64,000 nucleotides of DNA, taken from the IMG/VR virus record IMGVR_UViG_3300025276_000022. One strand, written 5' to 3'. How positions within the stretch are numbered: position 1 is the stretch's first letter; the number at the start of each line of letters is the position of its first letter. The translations under genes and the position numbers were made by a program. Of the stretch, positions 8,720 to 20,300 are shown in pieces. Origin of the DNA: a virus. The notes under the pieces are model-generated. The model saw nothing but the letters and a program-made list of their open reading frames with translations, did no database searches and was not told where the DNA came from.

Positions 8720-9423
8720 CACAGGTAAACGACCAATATCTCAGACACGTCGAGGTTAATAACCCTGAACTGCTAGAGATTCTAAACGAATACTCCAAGT
8801 TGCATACCATGCAAGGTTTCGAAGAAAACTGTCACTTGTCCTCAAAACAAGCCATCCGTCAGCGCGACTTCTATGTGGGCCCTAAGCACATGGATGAGAT
8901 TGTCGGACAAGGTACAGGACACGAAGGTTTTCCAGACGAACTTGTTGGTTATAACTTTAAACTTTCTGACAAAGCACACATGATGTTTGAGCAGGGCGCA
9001 GACCCTCTCTTTAAAAGAGACATGACTCTACATCTCCGTGACTTAAACGATAAGATGATGAACTTCTTATCGGTCAAGCATAATGCTCTTGCAGCAGTAT
9101 ATCCGCCAGGTGGATTCATCTCATGGCACAACAATGCAAATGCTCCGGGCTATAACCTAATCTTTTCTTACTCAGAAGACGGTTCAGGTTACTTCGAATA
9201 TATTCATCCTGAAACCAAGGAAGTTATTCGTAGTCAAGACCAAGCAGGTACATGGACATGTAAAGCAGCATACTTCGGTCATTACGGACAAGATGATCAG
9301 ATATTGTATCATGCCGCTTCTACTGATGATTGGCGTTGTACTGTATCTTATGTATTTGATCACTCAGACGAATCTATCGCTTTGCGTGAAATGGTATTAA
9401 CAGATATCGAATCTGTAGAATAA
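8716..9423 (+). CDS. 2OG-Fe(II) oxygenase-like DSBH protein (paralogue 1)
   Basis: YPPGGFISWHNN...YHAA....RCT: Hx(N)...H...RxT arrangement. Confidence 0.6.
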   Translation: MTQVNDQYLRHVEVNNPELLEILNEYSKLHTMQGFEENCHLSSKQAIRQRDFYVGPKHMDEIVGQGTGHEGFPDELVGYNFKLSDKAHMMFEQGADPLFKRDMTLHLRDLNDKMMNFLSVKHNALAAVYPPGGFISWHNNANAPGYNLIFSYSEDGSGYFEYIHPETKEVIRSQDQAGTWTCKAAYFGHYGQDDQILYHAASTDDWRCTVSYVFDHSDESIALREMVLTDIESVE

Positions 9424-9450
9424 AATCTATATCTTCAAGCCTTAAGCTCT

Positions 9451-9458
9451 TATAAATA
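9451..9458 (+). promoter_or_regulatory. T4-type late promoter
   Basis: Intergenic TATAAATA. Confidence 0.7.
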
Positions 9459-9498
9459 GAGGTAGACGTTTTATAAACAGTTTAAGGTTTTGAAGAAT

Positions 9499-9855
9499 AT
9501 GGCAACTTACGAAGATTTCACAATAGATCAAGGTTCTGATTTAGCTCTACAATTAGAGTTAGTAAATCCTGATGGTTCAACAAAGAACCTCAATGGATAT
9601 ACAGTTAGTGCTAAGATGAAGAAAACCTTTCGAAGCACAGCTGAAGATACCGTTGATTTCTTATCAATTGTAGCAGATCCTGCCGAGAGCGGTGTTGCTA
9701 CAATCTCCCTCACAAATATCCAAACCGATGCCCTATCTGCTCGTGGTAGATATGTCTATGATGTCGAACTGAGTTACTTAGACTCTGCCGGTAATTCCAT
9801 CGTAGAAAGAGTACTAGAAGGCAAAATTAAAGTCAACCCTTCGGTCACAAGGTAA
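9499..9855 (+). CDS. Conserved virion structural protein (Ig/BppU-N-like)
   Basis: IDQGSD...GRYVYDVEL...RVLEGKIKVNPSVT pattern common in marine T4-like phages; ATG 9499 preferred to TTG 9490. Confidence 0.65.
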   Translation: MATYEDFTIDQGSDLALQLELVNPDGSTKNLNGYTVSAKMKKTFRSTAEDTVDFLSIVADPAESGVATISLTNIQTDALSARGRYVYDVELSYLDSAGNSIVERVLEGKIKVNPSVTR

Positions 9856-9862
9856 TACCCTT

Positions 9863-10726
9863 ATGCCTATAAGGAAGGTCTCAACCAGCCCAACAAACGA
9901 CACCCTAGTCAAAAGAATTAGTGGTGTTGGTAGTGGTGGCACTAAAGTAAGAAAGGTTACTGTCGGTCGTCCTGTCAGTGCTGTGACTCAACATATCGGT
10001 GCAAACATCAAATCATTTGATGGTCTGGGTGATATCCCTAGTATCGAAGAGTTAAAGCTTGGTGAGTTCGGGATTAATACTCAAGACGGTAAGGTCTATA
10101 TAAAGAGAGAGTATGACGGGGGTATTCAGACAATCGTAGAGATTGGAACTGGAACCGACAATCTTTCTGCTACAACAACATTCAACTCCTACATATACAC
10201 CTCAGACGGAACCCTACAAACAATTGGTGGAGTCGATGATTCTGGTAACGTACTAGATTATGACCCCAACCCAAATTACGCCTCGAAAGTTCAGGTATAT
10301 CTAAACGGTGTCTTACTCAACCAAGGGATTGACTACGTTGCAGATACAGGGGATACTATTATCCTAACACACCTAGTAGATGCTGAGATGGTAATACAGA
10401 TAGCAGCCTACAACTCGACAGGTGTTTCTCTTGGTAACGACCTTATCGTAGATGATCACTTTGCATTTACAGTAGGTACAGACGAAGAAACCAGATTCTA
10501 TCACAATAGCGTAGATACCATATTAAAACATATGGGATTCAATGGTGCTAAATTCAAGATACAATATCTTAATGATGATAGGTTTATACTGGACGATTCA
10601 GGTGTTCAACTTCTTGGTTCCTACACACTAAATGGTGAAGCAGTTACCACCCAAACTAAAATAGATGAACTAGAGGCAAGACTTGCGTCATTAGACAGTG
10701 ACCTTGCAGCGCTACAAAATTCATAA
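9863..10726 (+). CDS. Virion structural / fibre-associated protein
   Basis: LGEFGINTQDGKVYIK fibre N-terminal motif; VQVYLNGVLL..GIDY baseplate-type motif; short coiled-coil end. Confidence 0.6.
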   Translation: MPIRKVSTSPTNDTLVKRISGVGSGGTKVRKVTVGRPVSAVTQHIGANIKSFDGLGDIPSIEELKLGEFGINTQDGKVYIKREYDGGIQTIVEIGTGTDNLSATTTFNSYIYTSDGTLQTIGGVDDSGNVLDYDPNPNYASKVQVYLNGVLLNQGIDYVADTGDTIILTHLVDAEMVIQIAAYNSTGVSLGNDLIVDDHFAFTVGTDEETRFYHNSVDTILKHMGFNGAKFKIQYLNDDRFILDDSGVQLLGSYTLNGEAVTTQTKIDELEARLASLDSDLAALQNS

Positions 10727-10856
10727 CAATTACATAGTCCCCTATAATAAACTACATAGTTTTCTATAGTATAGCATACACTTGCCTATACACTATTGGA
10801 TTGTGCTATAATGAGTATTTTTATTAAGTTAGTTACCGTACAAAGATTTAATTTAG

Positions 10857-10864
10857 TATAAATA
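10857..10864 (+). promoter_or_regulatory. T4-type late promoter
   Basis: TATAAATA upstream of 10901. Confidence 0.7.
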
Positions 10865-10900
10865 CATTGGTATTCAAACTATCACATAGTAATACATCTT

Positions 10901-11266
10901 ATGATTAATATCAATAATAAATCTATAAACCGTATACTCGCCGAAAGTCTTTTCAACTTAGCTAAGTCCAAGGAAGTACAAGTTACAGCTGAGCCTGGGC
11001 AAGAAACTCAATTATTCGAGTTAATAGAAGGTACGTCATCATCAACCAGTGGTCGCACAGTTATACCAGAAGCACAATCTATAACTGCCTTAGGCGACAC
11101 TGCACTATTCACCCTGAATGGAACCCCGACTCGTGACGATTTGATCGACGTTTGGGTCAATGACGTTCTTCAACACCCCGAAGAAATCTATGAGACTATC
11201 GAAGACACTATACAGTTTTTTGAGATCCCTCCAGTAGGAACGGATATCTATATTAAATTTCGTTAA
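10901..11266 (+). CDS. Small structural protein
   Basis: DVWVNDVLQHP..Y...IQF.E.PP.G motif, related to the C-terminal domain of the next gene. Confidence 0.55.
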   Translation: MININNKSINRILAESLFNLAKSKEVQVTAEPGQETQLFELIEGTSSSTSGRTVIPEAQSITALGDTALFTLNGTPTRDDLIDVWVNDVLQHPEEIYETIEDTIQFFEIPPVGTDIYIKFR

Positions 11267-11330
11267 TATATTATTAAATATTTTAATTATAATACAATCA
11301 ACCACTCAACTATAATCTAGGAGATACCTA

Positions 11331-14300
11331 ATGGCTTTTAGGCAGATTAAATCCGCAGCACTAGCGGATAAAGCAGTACTAAATACCAAGCTAGATGAAA
11401 GTGCAGTACAGGGACAAACCACCCTTACAGGCATGATCGATCCAGCACAATGTTTTACCCTTCTTTATGATGTCGGTACTGACTCATTAAAGAAGATTGG
11501 TGCAGACGCATTTTTTGCATCATTCTCAACAACTGATTTATCAGAAGGAACTAACCTATATTTCACTGACGCACGTGCTTCTACTGCGGTTGCAAGCGAT
11601 ATCGCTGCATCTGTACTAGTAGAAACTAACCGTGCTTCAGCTGCTGAGACTTTACTACAATCTAACATCGACGCAGAAGCATCTACTCGTGCTCAAGCGG
11701 ACGTTACCTTACAATCTAACATTACTGCTGAAGCAACTCGTGCAACACTACGTGAAGATTCAATTGAAGCAGCGTCTGTATCTGCTGATGCTGGTCTTTC
11801 TACACGTATTGATAACATCTTAAGCAACACTGACCAAAGTGCAATTGATTCGTTTGTTGAAGTAATTCAAGCATTCGAAGATGCTGATGACGTATTATCA
11901 GGTTCTATCATTGCTAATGCTTCTGCAATCACTGCGGAAACTGCACGTGCAACTGGTAAAGAGACTGAAAATGCAACTGCAATTGCAGTAGAAACTGCTC
12001 GTGCTACTGCGGCAGAAGTTGCAAACACTTCTCTACTAAGTGCAGAAGAAAGTGCTCGTATCGCTGCTGATACTGCATTGTCTGCTCGTGTTACTGTAGA
12101 AGAACAAGCCACTGTATCTCTTCAAGCTCAAGTTACTGCTGAAGTTGCTCGTGCTGGAGCTGCAGAAGCAGTTATCGCACAAGACCTCGCAGATGAAGTT
12201 ACTCGTGCTACTGGCGCAGAAGCTGCAAACGCATCTAACCTAACAGACGAAATTAATGCTCGTGCTGTCGCTGATACTCAGGTTCGTACTGATATCGCTG
12301 CCGACATCGTTACTGCACAGAATGCTGCTCAGGCACACGCCGAAGCACAAGACGTATTACATATCGGTGATGCTACTGTAGACGGATCTGCAAACAATAC
12401 TCTAACGGATCGAATTGCATCTTCTAAGACTGGTGCAGAAAGCGTTGCCGCTGCTGATGCATCTGCTAAAGTACTTGTCGAGAAGACACGTGCAGAAGCT
12501 GCTGAGTCTGGTTTACAGGCACAGATCACTTCTAACGATACTGAACTTGCTTCTTTAGTAAGTGCTGATTCAACTGAAACTGCTGATCGAATCGCTGGCG
12601 ATTCTGCTCTACAGACACAGATTGATTTTATCACTACTAATACTGATCCTGCTGCTCTAGATTCATTAACAGAAATCGTTAGTGCGTTCCAAGATGCTGA
12701 CTCGGACATGTCTGCTCTAGTTGCTTCTAACACTACTGCAATCTCTAATGAGAACACTCGTGCTACAGGTGCTGAATCTGTTCTGCAAACTAACATCACT
12801 GCTGAAGCGTCAACTCGTGGAACTGCTGATACTGGTTTACAAACTGCAATCACTGCTGAAGAAACTGCCCGTATCGCTGCTGATGCCGCGACTCTTGTAT
12901 CGGCAAAAGCATACACTGATCAAGAAGCAGACTCACATCAAGCAGCTGCTGAAGCACACGCTGATGCACAAGACGCTTCACTTATCGGTGACGCATCTGT
13001 AAACGGTACTGTTGGTAATACTGTTACTGCTCGTATCGCAACTGCAAAATCAGAAGCAACTGCATTCACTACTGCACAGGTTTCTGCTGAAGCAGCAACT
13101 CGTTTAGCTGCGGATGACGCATTATCTCTACGTACTACTGTACTAGAAGGTGAAATGACGACAGTTGAAGCTCTTGCTGCTCAGAATGAAATCGATCTAC
13201 GTGCAGAAGAAGTTACTCGTGCATCTGGTGATTCAAGTCTACAAGGTCAAATCGACGCTGAAGAAGCTGCTCGAATTCTTGCTGATACTGGTCTTCAAAC
13301 TCAAGTCACTGCTGAAGTTACTCGTGCACAAGGTGTTGAAGCAACTAATGCTGCCGCAGTCGTCACAGAACGTCAACGTGCAGAAGGTGTTGAAGCTGGA
13401 CTACGTACTGATGTAAACACTAATACTGTAAACATTACTGCAAATGCTGGTACTATTACTGGTGAGAACACTCGTGCTCTAGCTGCAGAATCTGCTCTAG
13501 GAACACGTATCGATAGTGCAGAAACTCTACAAGCTTCAGATCATGCTGATAACCAGACACAAATTACTGCTGAAGTAACTCGTGCATCTGGTGTTGAAGC
13601 TGGTCTACAGACTTCGGTCGATTCTCTACAAGGACAAATCACTTCTAACGATTCTGATATTTCTGCTCTTGCAACTCTACAGTCAAGTGACCACGATGAT
13701 AACCAAGCACAAATTACTGCTGAAGTTACACGTGCAACTGCTGCGGAAGTAGTCAATGCAGCTGCGGTTGTTGCTGAAACTACTCGTGCATCTGGAATCG
13801 AAGCTGGTCTACGTACTGATGTCGATTCTAACCAGACTCAGATCACTGCAAACGACGCAGACATTCTTGCTCTAGAAACTCTACAAAGTTCAGACCACGA
13901 TGATAACCAAGCACAGATTACTGCTGAAGTTGCTCGCGCTACTGCCGCAGAAGTTGTTAACGCTGCCGCTACTGCTACTGAGAAATCACGTGCAGAAGGG
14001 ATCGAAGCTGGTCTACGTACTGATGTTGATTCTAACCAAACGCAAATCACTGCAAATGATGCAGACATTCTTGCATTAACAAATCTACAAGCTGCTGACC
14101 ATGCAGACAACCAGACACAAATTACTGCTGAAGTAAATCGTGCATCTGGAATCGAAGCTGGTCTACGTACTGATGTTACAACTCTAGAAAGTCGTGTTGA
14201 CTTTATCGTTTCTAACGATGATGGTGCTGCTCTAGATTCTCTAACAGAAATCGTTGCTGCGTTCGAAGGTGCTGATTCTGATCTAACAGGTGTTATTACT

Positions 14301-17237
14301 GCTAACTCTGGTCGTCTAACTTCTGTCGAAAGTCGTGCAACTTCTCTAGAGACTCGTACTACTGATGTTGAAGCTCGCGCTACTGCTGTTGAGTCACGTG
14401 CAACTGCTCTAGAAACTGAACAAGGTACTCAGAACGGTCGTCTTACAGTCAACGAAAGTGACATTGACGATCTAGAAACTAAGCAAGGTGCTGCTACTCT
14501 AGCAACTGTCGCAACTGACTTATCTGCTGCAATCAATGAGATTCACTCAGAACTAGATACTGAAGCTTCTAACGTCGATACTCTACAAACAGAGATGGAC
14601 GCAGTCGAAGTACGTGCAACTGCTCTAGAAACTGAACAGGGTCTACAAGGCGGTCGTCTAACTTCTGTCGAAGGACGTGCAACTGGTGTTGAGTCACGTG
14701 CAACTGCGCTTGAAACTAAGCAAGGTTCTGCTACTCTAGACACTGTCGCAACTGATCTATCTGCTGCAATCAACGAATTGCACTCAGAAATGGGCACTTC
14801 TATTACTGATTTTGATTCTCTAGTAGCTCGTGTAACTACAGAAGAAGCAAATGTCGATACTCTACAGTCAGAAATGGACTTAGTAGAAGGTCGTGCAACT
14901 TCATTAGAAACTCGTGTAACTACCGAAGAAGGTAATGTTGATACTCTACAGACTCAAATGGGTTCTACAGTACTTGCTACTGTCGCAACTGATGTTACTG
15001 GTGCAGTCAACGAGATCCACTCTGAACTAGACGCAGAAGCGGTTAAGGTTGCTACTCTAGAAAGTGAAATGAATGCTGTCGAAGGACGTGCAACTGCTGT
15101 TGAGTCACGTGCAACTGCTCTAGAAACTGAACAGGGACTACAAGGTGGTCGTCTAACAGTTAACGAGAGTGACATCGATGACTTAGAAACTAAGTTAGGT
15201 ACTGGTGTTTTCGATACTACTTCACAAATCATTACTGGTGCAGTCAATGAACTTCATGGTGAAGTTGATACTAATACTGCTGGACTTGTCGCTGCTGTTT
15301 CTCGTGCCGATGCCGATAGTGATGCACTTGCATCTGAAATCGTATCACGCACCGCTGCTGACACACTGATCCGTACTGATCTTGCTGCACTTAGAACTAC
15401 TGATCAAGCAGACTACATTGCTCGTGACGCGGCTGTTCTTGCATCTGCACAGTCTTACGCAGAAAGCGAAGCAGACGATGGCGAAGCCGCTGCTAAGATT
15501 TACGCAGACGGAATCGTTGCTAGTGAAGCAACTCTACGTGACAATGCTGATATCGTACTTGCTGGTCAAATTACTACTGAAGCAACTGCACGTCAAGTCG
15601 CAGATAATGGTCTAGATACACGACTAGGTGTTGTTGAAGGCGAAATGTCTGCAACTCAACTTGCTGCTGGCGTAAATGCTGATGGAACATACGATACTCC
15701 AACAACTACTACTCACCTTAATGCATCTACTTCTCTAGCAGACGCTGATAAGAAGTTAGATACTGCACTCACAACCGAAAGTGCTTCACGTGTTTCTGGT
15801 GATGCAAGCTTGCAATCACAGATCACTGCTGAAATTGCTCGTGCTGGATCTGCGGAAGGTGTTGTATCTACTGGACTAGCTGCTGAGATCGTACGTGCTA
15901 CAGCTGCAGAAGTTGCAAACGGTGCATTAATCACCACTAACGCTGCTTCAATTGCATCTGAGTCATCTCGTGCACAAGGCGTAGAATCTTCACTACAGAC
16001 TCAAGTAGACTTCATCACTTCTAATACTGATGCTGCTGCTCTTGACTCCCTAACTGAGATAGTTGCTGCGTTCCAAGGTGCTGATTCAACCCTAACAGGT
16101 TTAGTCTCTGCTAACCAAACTAGTATCTCAACTAACGCTTCAGGTCTTGCACAAGAGATCACTGATCGAATTGCTGGTGATACAGCAGTACGTAGTGAAT
16201 TCGCAACTGCTGACTCAGGTCTACAGACTCAAATTGACGGACTAGTATCTAAGTCTGGCGATGCGATGACTGGTGTCCTAGCAATGGGTAGTAACAAGAT
16301 TACTGGTCTTGCTGATGGTGTTGCTAATGGCGATGCTGCAAACAAGGGACAATTAGTTTCTGGTCTTGCTGCTCAACATATCTCTCAGTTCTCAACTTCG
16401 GATCTACCAGAAGGTAGTAACGAATACTTCACAGCTGCGAAAGTACATGCTGCAGTAAGTGTAGTTGATGTTTCTGGAGAAGGTAAGGTATCTGAGACAG
16501 ATGGTGTATTCTCTATAGACACTGCTAAATCATTCCTCGAAATATCTGATGTAGCTGATACATCATATGTTGGTAAGAATGGTTGGGTTGCTCGTGTTAA
16601 GACAGACCTTTCAGGTCTTGAACTTATAGATCCTACAGAACTAGCATTCAATGACGCAAAACGTCAGGTGATTTCTGGTGACGGAGCACAGAGCACATTC
16701 GCTCTAAACTTCTACACTGTAGAAGCTAACGCAATGGTATTTGTTGGTGGTGTTATTCAGGATCCATCGGTTCACTACACGATTGATGCTGCTAATCAAC
16801 AAATTACTTTCATGGCTGCTATCCCAGTTGGAACTCAAGCGGTAGTTATCGCTCAGTCTACTAACTCGGTTGGTGTACTAGATCCTAAGTCGGTCGGTCT
16901 TGAAACTCTTGCTGATAACATCAAAGTCTTCGAACAGGGTAACGATGTTGTTGTTGGAACTTCTGCTACAGTAGTTTCTACATTCAACAAAGTGACTACA
17001 CGTTCTGCTAAGTACGTAGTCACCGTAGAAAATAACGGTGAATTCGAAACTCGCGAATGTCTAGTTATCCATGACGGAACAGACGCATATATAACTGAGT
17101 ACGGTATTCTATTCACAGGTGCTAATGTACTTGGTGATACCGACATTCAGGTAAACGGTTCAAGTATTGAGTTGACATATACAGCTGCTATTGCTGGTGC
17201 AGTAGTATCAGTATCCGCTTCGTATATCGACGCATAA
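11331..17237 (+). CDS. 1968-aa long coiled-coil fibre protein
   Basis: Ala/Thr/Glu-rich with 18-residue E..RA..AE repeats; four AALDSLTEIV-type joints; MGSNKITGLAD..DAANK fibre motif; GGAG RBS. Confidence 0.8.
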   Translation: MAFRQIKSAALADKAVLNTKLDESAVQGQTTLTGMIDPAQCFTLLYDVGTDSLKKIGADAFFASFSTTDLSEGTNLYFTDARASTAVASDIAASVLVETNRASAAETLLQSNIDAEASTRAQADVTLQSNITAEATRATLREDSIEAASVSADAGLSTRIDNILSNTDQSAIDSFVEVIQAFEDADDVLSGSIIANASAITAETARATGKETENATAIAVETARATAAEVANTSLLSAEESARIAADTALSARVTVEEQATVSLQAQVTAEVARAGAAEAVIAQDLADEVTRATGAEAANASNLTDEINARAVADTQVRTDIAADIVTAQNAAQAHAEAQDVLHIGDATVDGSANNTLTDRIASSKTGAESVAAADASAKVLVEKTRAEAAESGLQAQITSNDTELASLVSADSTETADRIAGDSALQTQIDFITTNTDPAALDSLTEIVSAFQDADSDMSALVASNTTAISNENTRATGAESVLQTNITAEASTRGTADTGLQTAITAEETARIAADAATLVSAKAYTDQEADSHQAAAEAHADAQDASLIGDASVNGTVGNTVTARIATAKSEATAFTTAQVSAEAATRLAADDALSLRTTVLEGEMTTVEALAAQNEIDLRAEEVTRASGDSSLQGQIDAEEAARILADTGLQTQVTAEVTRAQGVEATNAAAVVTERQRAEGVEAGLRTDVNTNTVNITANAGTITGENTRALAAESALGTRIDSAETLQASDHADNQTQITAEVTRASGVEAGLQTSVDSLQGQITSNDSDISALATLQSSDHDDNQAQITAEVTRATAAEVVNAAAVVAETTRASGIEAGLRTDVDSNQTQITANDADILALETLQSSDHDDNQAQITAEVARATAAEVVNAAATATEKSRAEGIEAGLRTDVDSNQTQITANDADILALTNLQAADHADNQTQITAEVNRASGIEAGLRTDVTTLESRVDFIVSNDDGAALDSLTEIVAAFEGADSDLTGVITANSGRLTSVESRATSLETRTTDVEARATAVESRATALETEQGTQNGRLTVNESDIDDLETKQGAATLATVATDLSAAINEIHSELDTEASNVDTLQTEMDAVEVRATALETEQGLQGGRLTSVEGRATGVESRATALETKQGSATLDTVATDLSAAINELHSEMGTSITDFDSLVARVTTEEANVDTLQSEMDLVEGRATSLETRVTTEEGNVDTLQTQMGSTVLATVATDVTGAVNEIHSELDAEAVKVATLESEMNAVEGRATAVESRATALETEQGLQGGRLTVNESDIDDLETKLGTGVFDTTSQIITGAVNELHGEVDTNTAGLVAAVSRADADSDALASEIVSRTAADTLIRTDLAALRTTDQADYIARDAAVLASAQSYAESEADDGEAAAKIYADGIVASEATLRDNADIVLAGQITTEATARQVADNGLDTRLGVVEGEMSATQLAAGVNADGTYDTPTTTTHLNASTSLADADKKLDTALTTESASRVSGDASLQSQITAEIARAGSAEGVVSTGLAAEIVRATAAEVANGALITTNAASIASESSRAQGVESSLQTQVDFITSNTDAAALDSLTEIVAAFQGADSTLTGLVSANQTSISTNASGLAQEITDRIAGDTAVRSEFATADSGLQTQIDGLVSKSGDAMTGVLAMGSNKITGLADGVANGDAANKGQLVSGLAAQHISQFSTSDLPEGSNEYFTAAKVHAAVSVVDVSGEGKVSETDGVFSIDTAKSFLEISDVADTSYVGKNGWVARVKTDLSGLELIDPTELAFNDAKRQVISGDGAQSTFALNFYTVEANAMVFVGGVIQDPSVHYTIDAANQQITFMAAIPVGTQAVVIAQSTNSVGVLDPKSVGLETLADNIKVFEQGNDVVVGTSATVVSTFNKVTTRSAKYVVTVENNGEFETRECLVIHDGTDAYITEYGILFTGANVLGDTDIQVNGSSIELTYTAAIAGAVVSVSASYIDA

Positions 17238-17304
17238 TTTAATAATTCGGGGGTGGCTTCACGTCACCCCCACCCCCTCACACATTTTAAAAAGGTATTA
17301 AAAA

Positions 17305-20300
17305 ATGAGTTCTAACAAGAAATTTAGAATACAAAATGGCGCTGCGATTACTGGTGAAGTAACCGTAAACGACCAAGTTGTAATAACCGAAGCTGGTATA
17401 GTTACCGTTCCTGCTATCTCCGCAGCAGTTGCAACTATTGTCGCATCCGACATTGCAACACTACAGAGTCAAGTAGACGCGATCCTAGGTACTTCTCCAG
17501 AAAGCCTGAATACACTACAAGAAATTGTTTCTCTTTTCCAAAGCGAAGATGGTGACATTCAAACTTTAATTACGAACAACTCAACTGCAATTACTGCAAT
17601 GCAGGCTACTTTATCAAGTGGCGTTGCCGGTGCTGCAGATTTTGCCGCATTAGATCTATTGGTCTCAGGCCTGTCAGGTCGTGGATCTGAACTTGTAGAT
17701 GGTATTGACCATACTAAGTGGGACTACATACATGGTACGATCAATACTAACTCGAACAATGTCCAATTCACCAGAAATGTTGATGGTATGGTTGCCAGAA
17801 TGACTCTAACAGGGTTCGAAGTTGGTAAAACTTATCAAATAAGAACTTCGGGCGATCAGGAGAGTGCCTTTGTTACGCTGAGTCCTCAAGCGTATAACAA
17901 TTATGGTGATTTCAACTCTTCATCTTTCAAGACAGCTTTCCATAATCATTCCCCAGGCACTGGAGATGTCCTGACAGAGTCGGGTACGTTCTTTGTTGCT
18001 GATGCTACAACATTATATATGCAAATAGTAGGGCCTACTCAGAATCCGTTTCAACTGTATGACATCTCTATCACAGAATACAACGTTCCTGTTGCTCTAG
18101 AAACTAGCTCAGGCTCGGTAGTAGAGTCTATCAACGAACTACATACAGAGATTGGTGCTGAGACTGCTGCTAGAACTGCTGCTATCGCCGCAATTCCTGC
18201 AACTGACTTAACTCCTTACTCAACTACTGTACAGACGACTGCTGCAATTGCTACTGCTAAAACAGAAGCTCAGTCTTATGCAGATCAAGTTGTTGCTGCA
18301 ACCGTAGATGCTGCTCCTGCCGCACTAGACACTCTTAACGAGTTGGCTGCTGCTCTAGGTGACGATGCAAACTTTGCATCAACAGTAACTTCATCTATCG
18401 CTACTAAAGCGGACGATGTTGCAACTACTACTGCTCTTGCTACTAAGGCTGATGACGCTGCAACTACTGCTGCTCTTGCTACTAAGGCGGACGTTTCAAG
18501 TATTAGTTCTATCGAAGGGTTCTTGAATGGTACTCCAAGTGTACCGGCAATAAGTCCTTTGGCCGATCTGTTCACTCCTGAACCAAGCGATTATACCTCG
18601 TGGAACCCCAATGGAGGGGATGACGACGAAGGAAAGTTTGGTAGTCAACTTGGTTCAAGTGAAGATTTCTTATTCGTTTCCGCGAATGGCCATGACGGTG
18701 GCATAGGTATGATGTGGATATATCCTAAATCGGATATGTCAAATCCTGTTGAACTGACCTACCCTCAGACACACTCAGTCGGTAATGCTGGTTTCGGTTA
18801 TAGTTATGCATTCTCAGAAACTACCAAGACTCTTATGGTAGCTACCCGATATGCCCATGACACTGTCGGTGTCGGTACCGAAGGAGCGTTGCATTGGTTT
18901 AATTTAACTGACGTAAATAACATAACTCTTATACAGTCAGTTTATGGTGCAGGGGGCGAGGAAATAGGCCAGAGTGCGGCTTATGATTCTGGAAAATTCT
19001 TTAGTTCTCGTACTGGCGATGGTGGTGGACAAGTTAGTAAAGTCTATGTCTATGATGAGACTAATTTAAGTGCTGCACCAACCGTGATACTAGATCCAGA
19101 AACCGAAGCATCATCGCATGAATACTTTGGATACAGGGTAGTCGCTGGTCAAGGATATCTATATATCTTGGATCTGTTTGCTTATGCCGACGGTTCGAAT
19201 AGTCAGCGTCTCGGGCGATGGTACATATACGACTCATCAACTCTAGCGTATACCGGAGTATCCTTTAACGGTGTAGCTAACATGGCGCATTTCGGAGCCA
19301 TGATCGACGGTTATTTCGTACATGGCATAGATGGCGGCTATAATAGTGTTGGCTCTTTCGAAAGAGTGATTATAGGAACTGATACTGTTGCAACTTCTCA
19401 TAGCTTCGGAGTCGGGTCTGGCGGTATAACGTTTATAGACGACACTCACTTATGGTGGGGTACCTTCGGTAAAATCAGTTCTGGTTATTTAGGAAATGTG
19501 AAGGCATATCCTTGGGCCGGTGATTTTACTACTTCCGACGTTACTATTAATACTGATTATGATAGTGGTAAATTATATAAAGACGGAGATGTCGTTTATA
19601 TTACTGCAAGGAATCAGAGTTCAGCAAGTTGGAATAACTATGCTGCAAAATATGCGAAGGTTAGTCGTTATAGTTGGTCTAGTGGATTCTCATTACAGTC
19701 GAATCTAGAATCATTAGTTTCTGCTGAGACAACTGCTAGAACTGCCGCTATCGCTGCAATTCCTGCAACTGACTTGACTCCATACTCAACTACTACTGAG
19801 ATGAACTCATCTATTGCAACTGCTAAGTCAGAAGCTCAGACTTATGCGGATCAAGTTGTTGCTTCGACCATTGATGCTGCTCCTGCTTCTTTAGATACTC
19901 TTAACGAGTTGGCGGCCGCATTAGGTGACGATGCAAACTTTGCATCAACTATCACTGCATCTATCGCAACTAAAGCAACTGCTGCTGATCTTACTGCATT
20001 AGAAGCACAGATCACTGGTGGCGTTGCAACTCTCGCACAGGGTGCTCTTGCTGATACTGCGTTACAACCAGCAGACCTTGTTGCAAATACTACTGCTATT
20101 GCAACTAATGCTTCTAATCTTACTGCATTAGAGACTTCACACTCAGCAGACCTTGTTAACTTAACAGCTAGGACGTATGGTGTTACATATGATCCGAACG
20201 CTGCTAATGTTGAGGTAGATTCTACATTAGATATGCAGACTAACGCAATCATAAATGTAGCTGCTCCTTCTGCAGCTGATGATGCCGCAACTAAAGCATA

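Noticed and set aside
10727-10900. AT-rich intergenic region with short TACATAGT repeats as a replication origin
   Set aside because: Only two short copies and a poorly spaced promoter-like motif; not enough support.
17249-17271. GC-rich hairpin between the two fibre genes as a terminator
   Set aside because: No adjacent U-tract; could be a stability or processing hairpin, so not called.
18156-19976. Diversity-generating retroelement template/variable repeats
   Set aside because: No reverse transcriptase in the window; differences are mostly synonymous, not adenine-specific.
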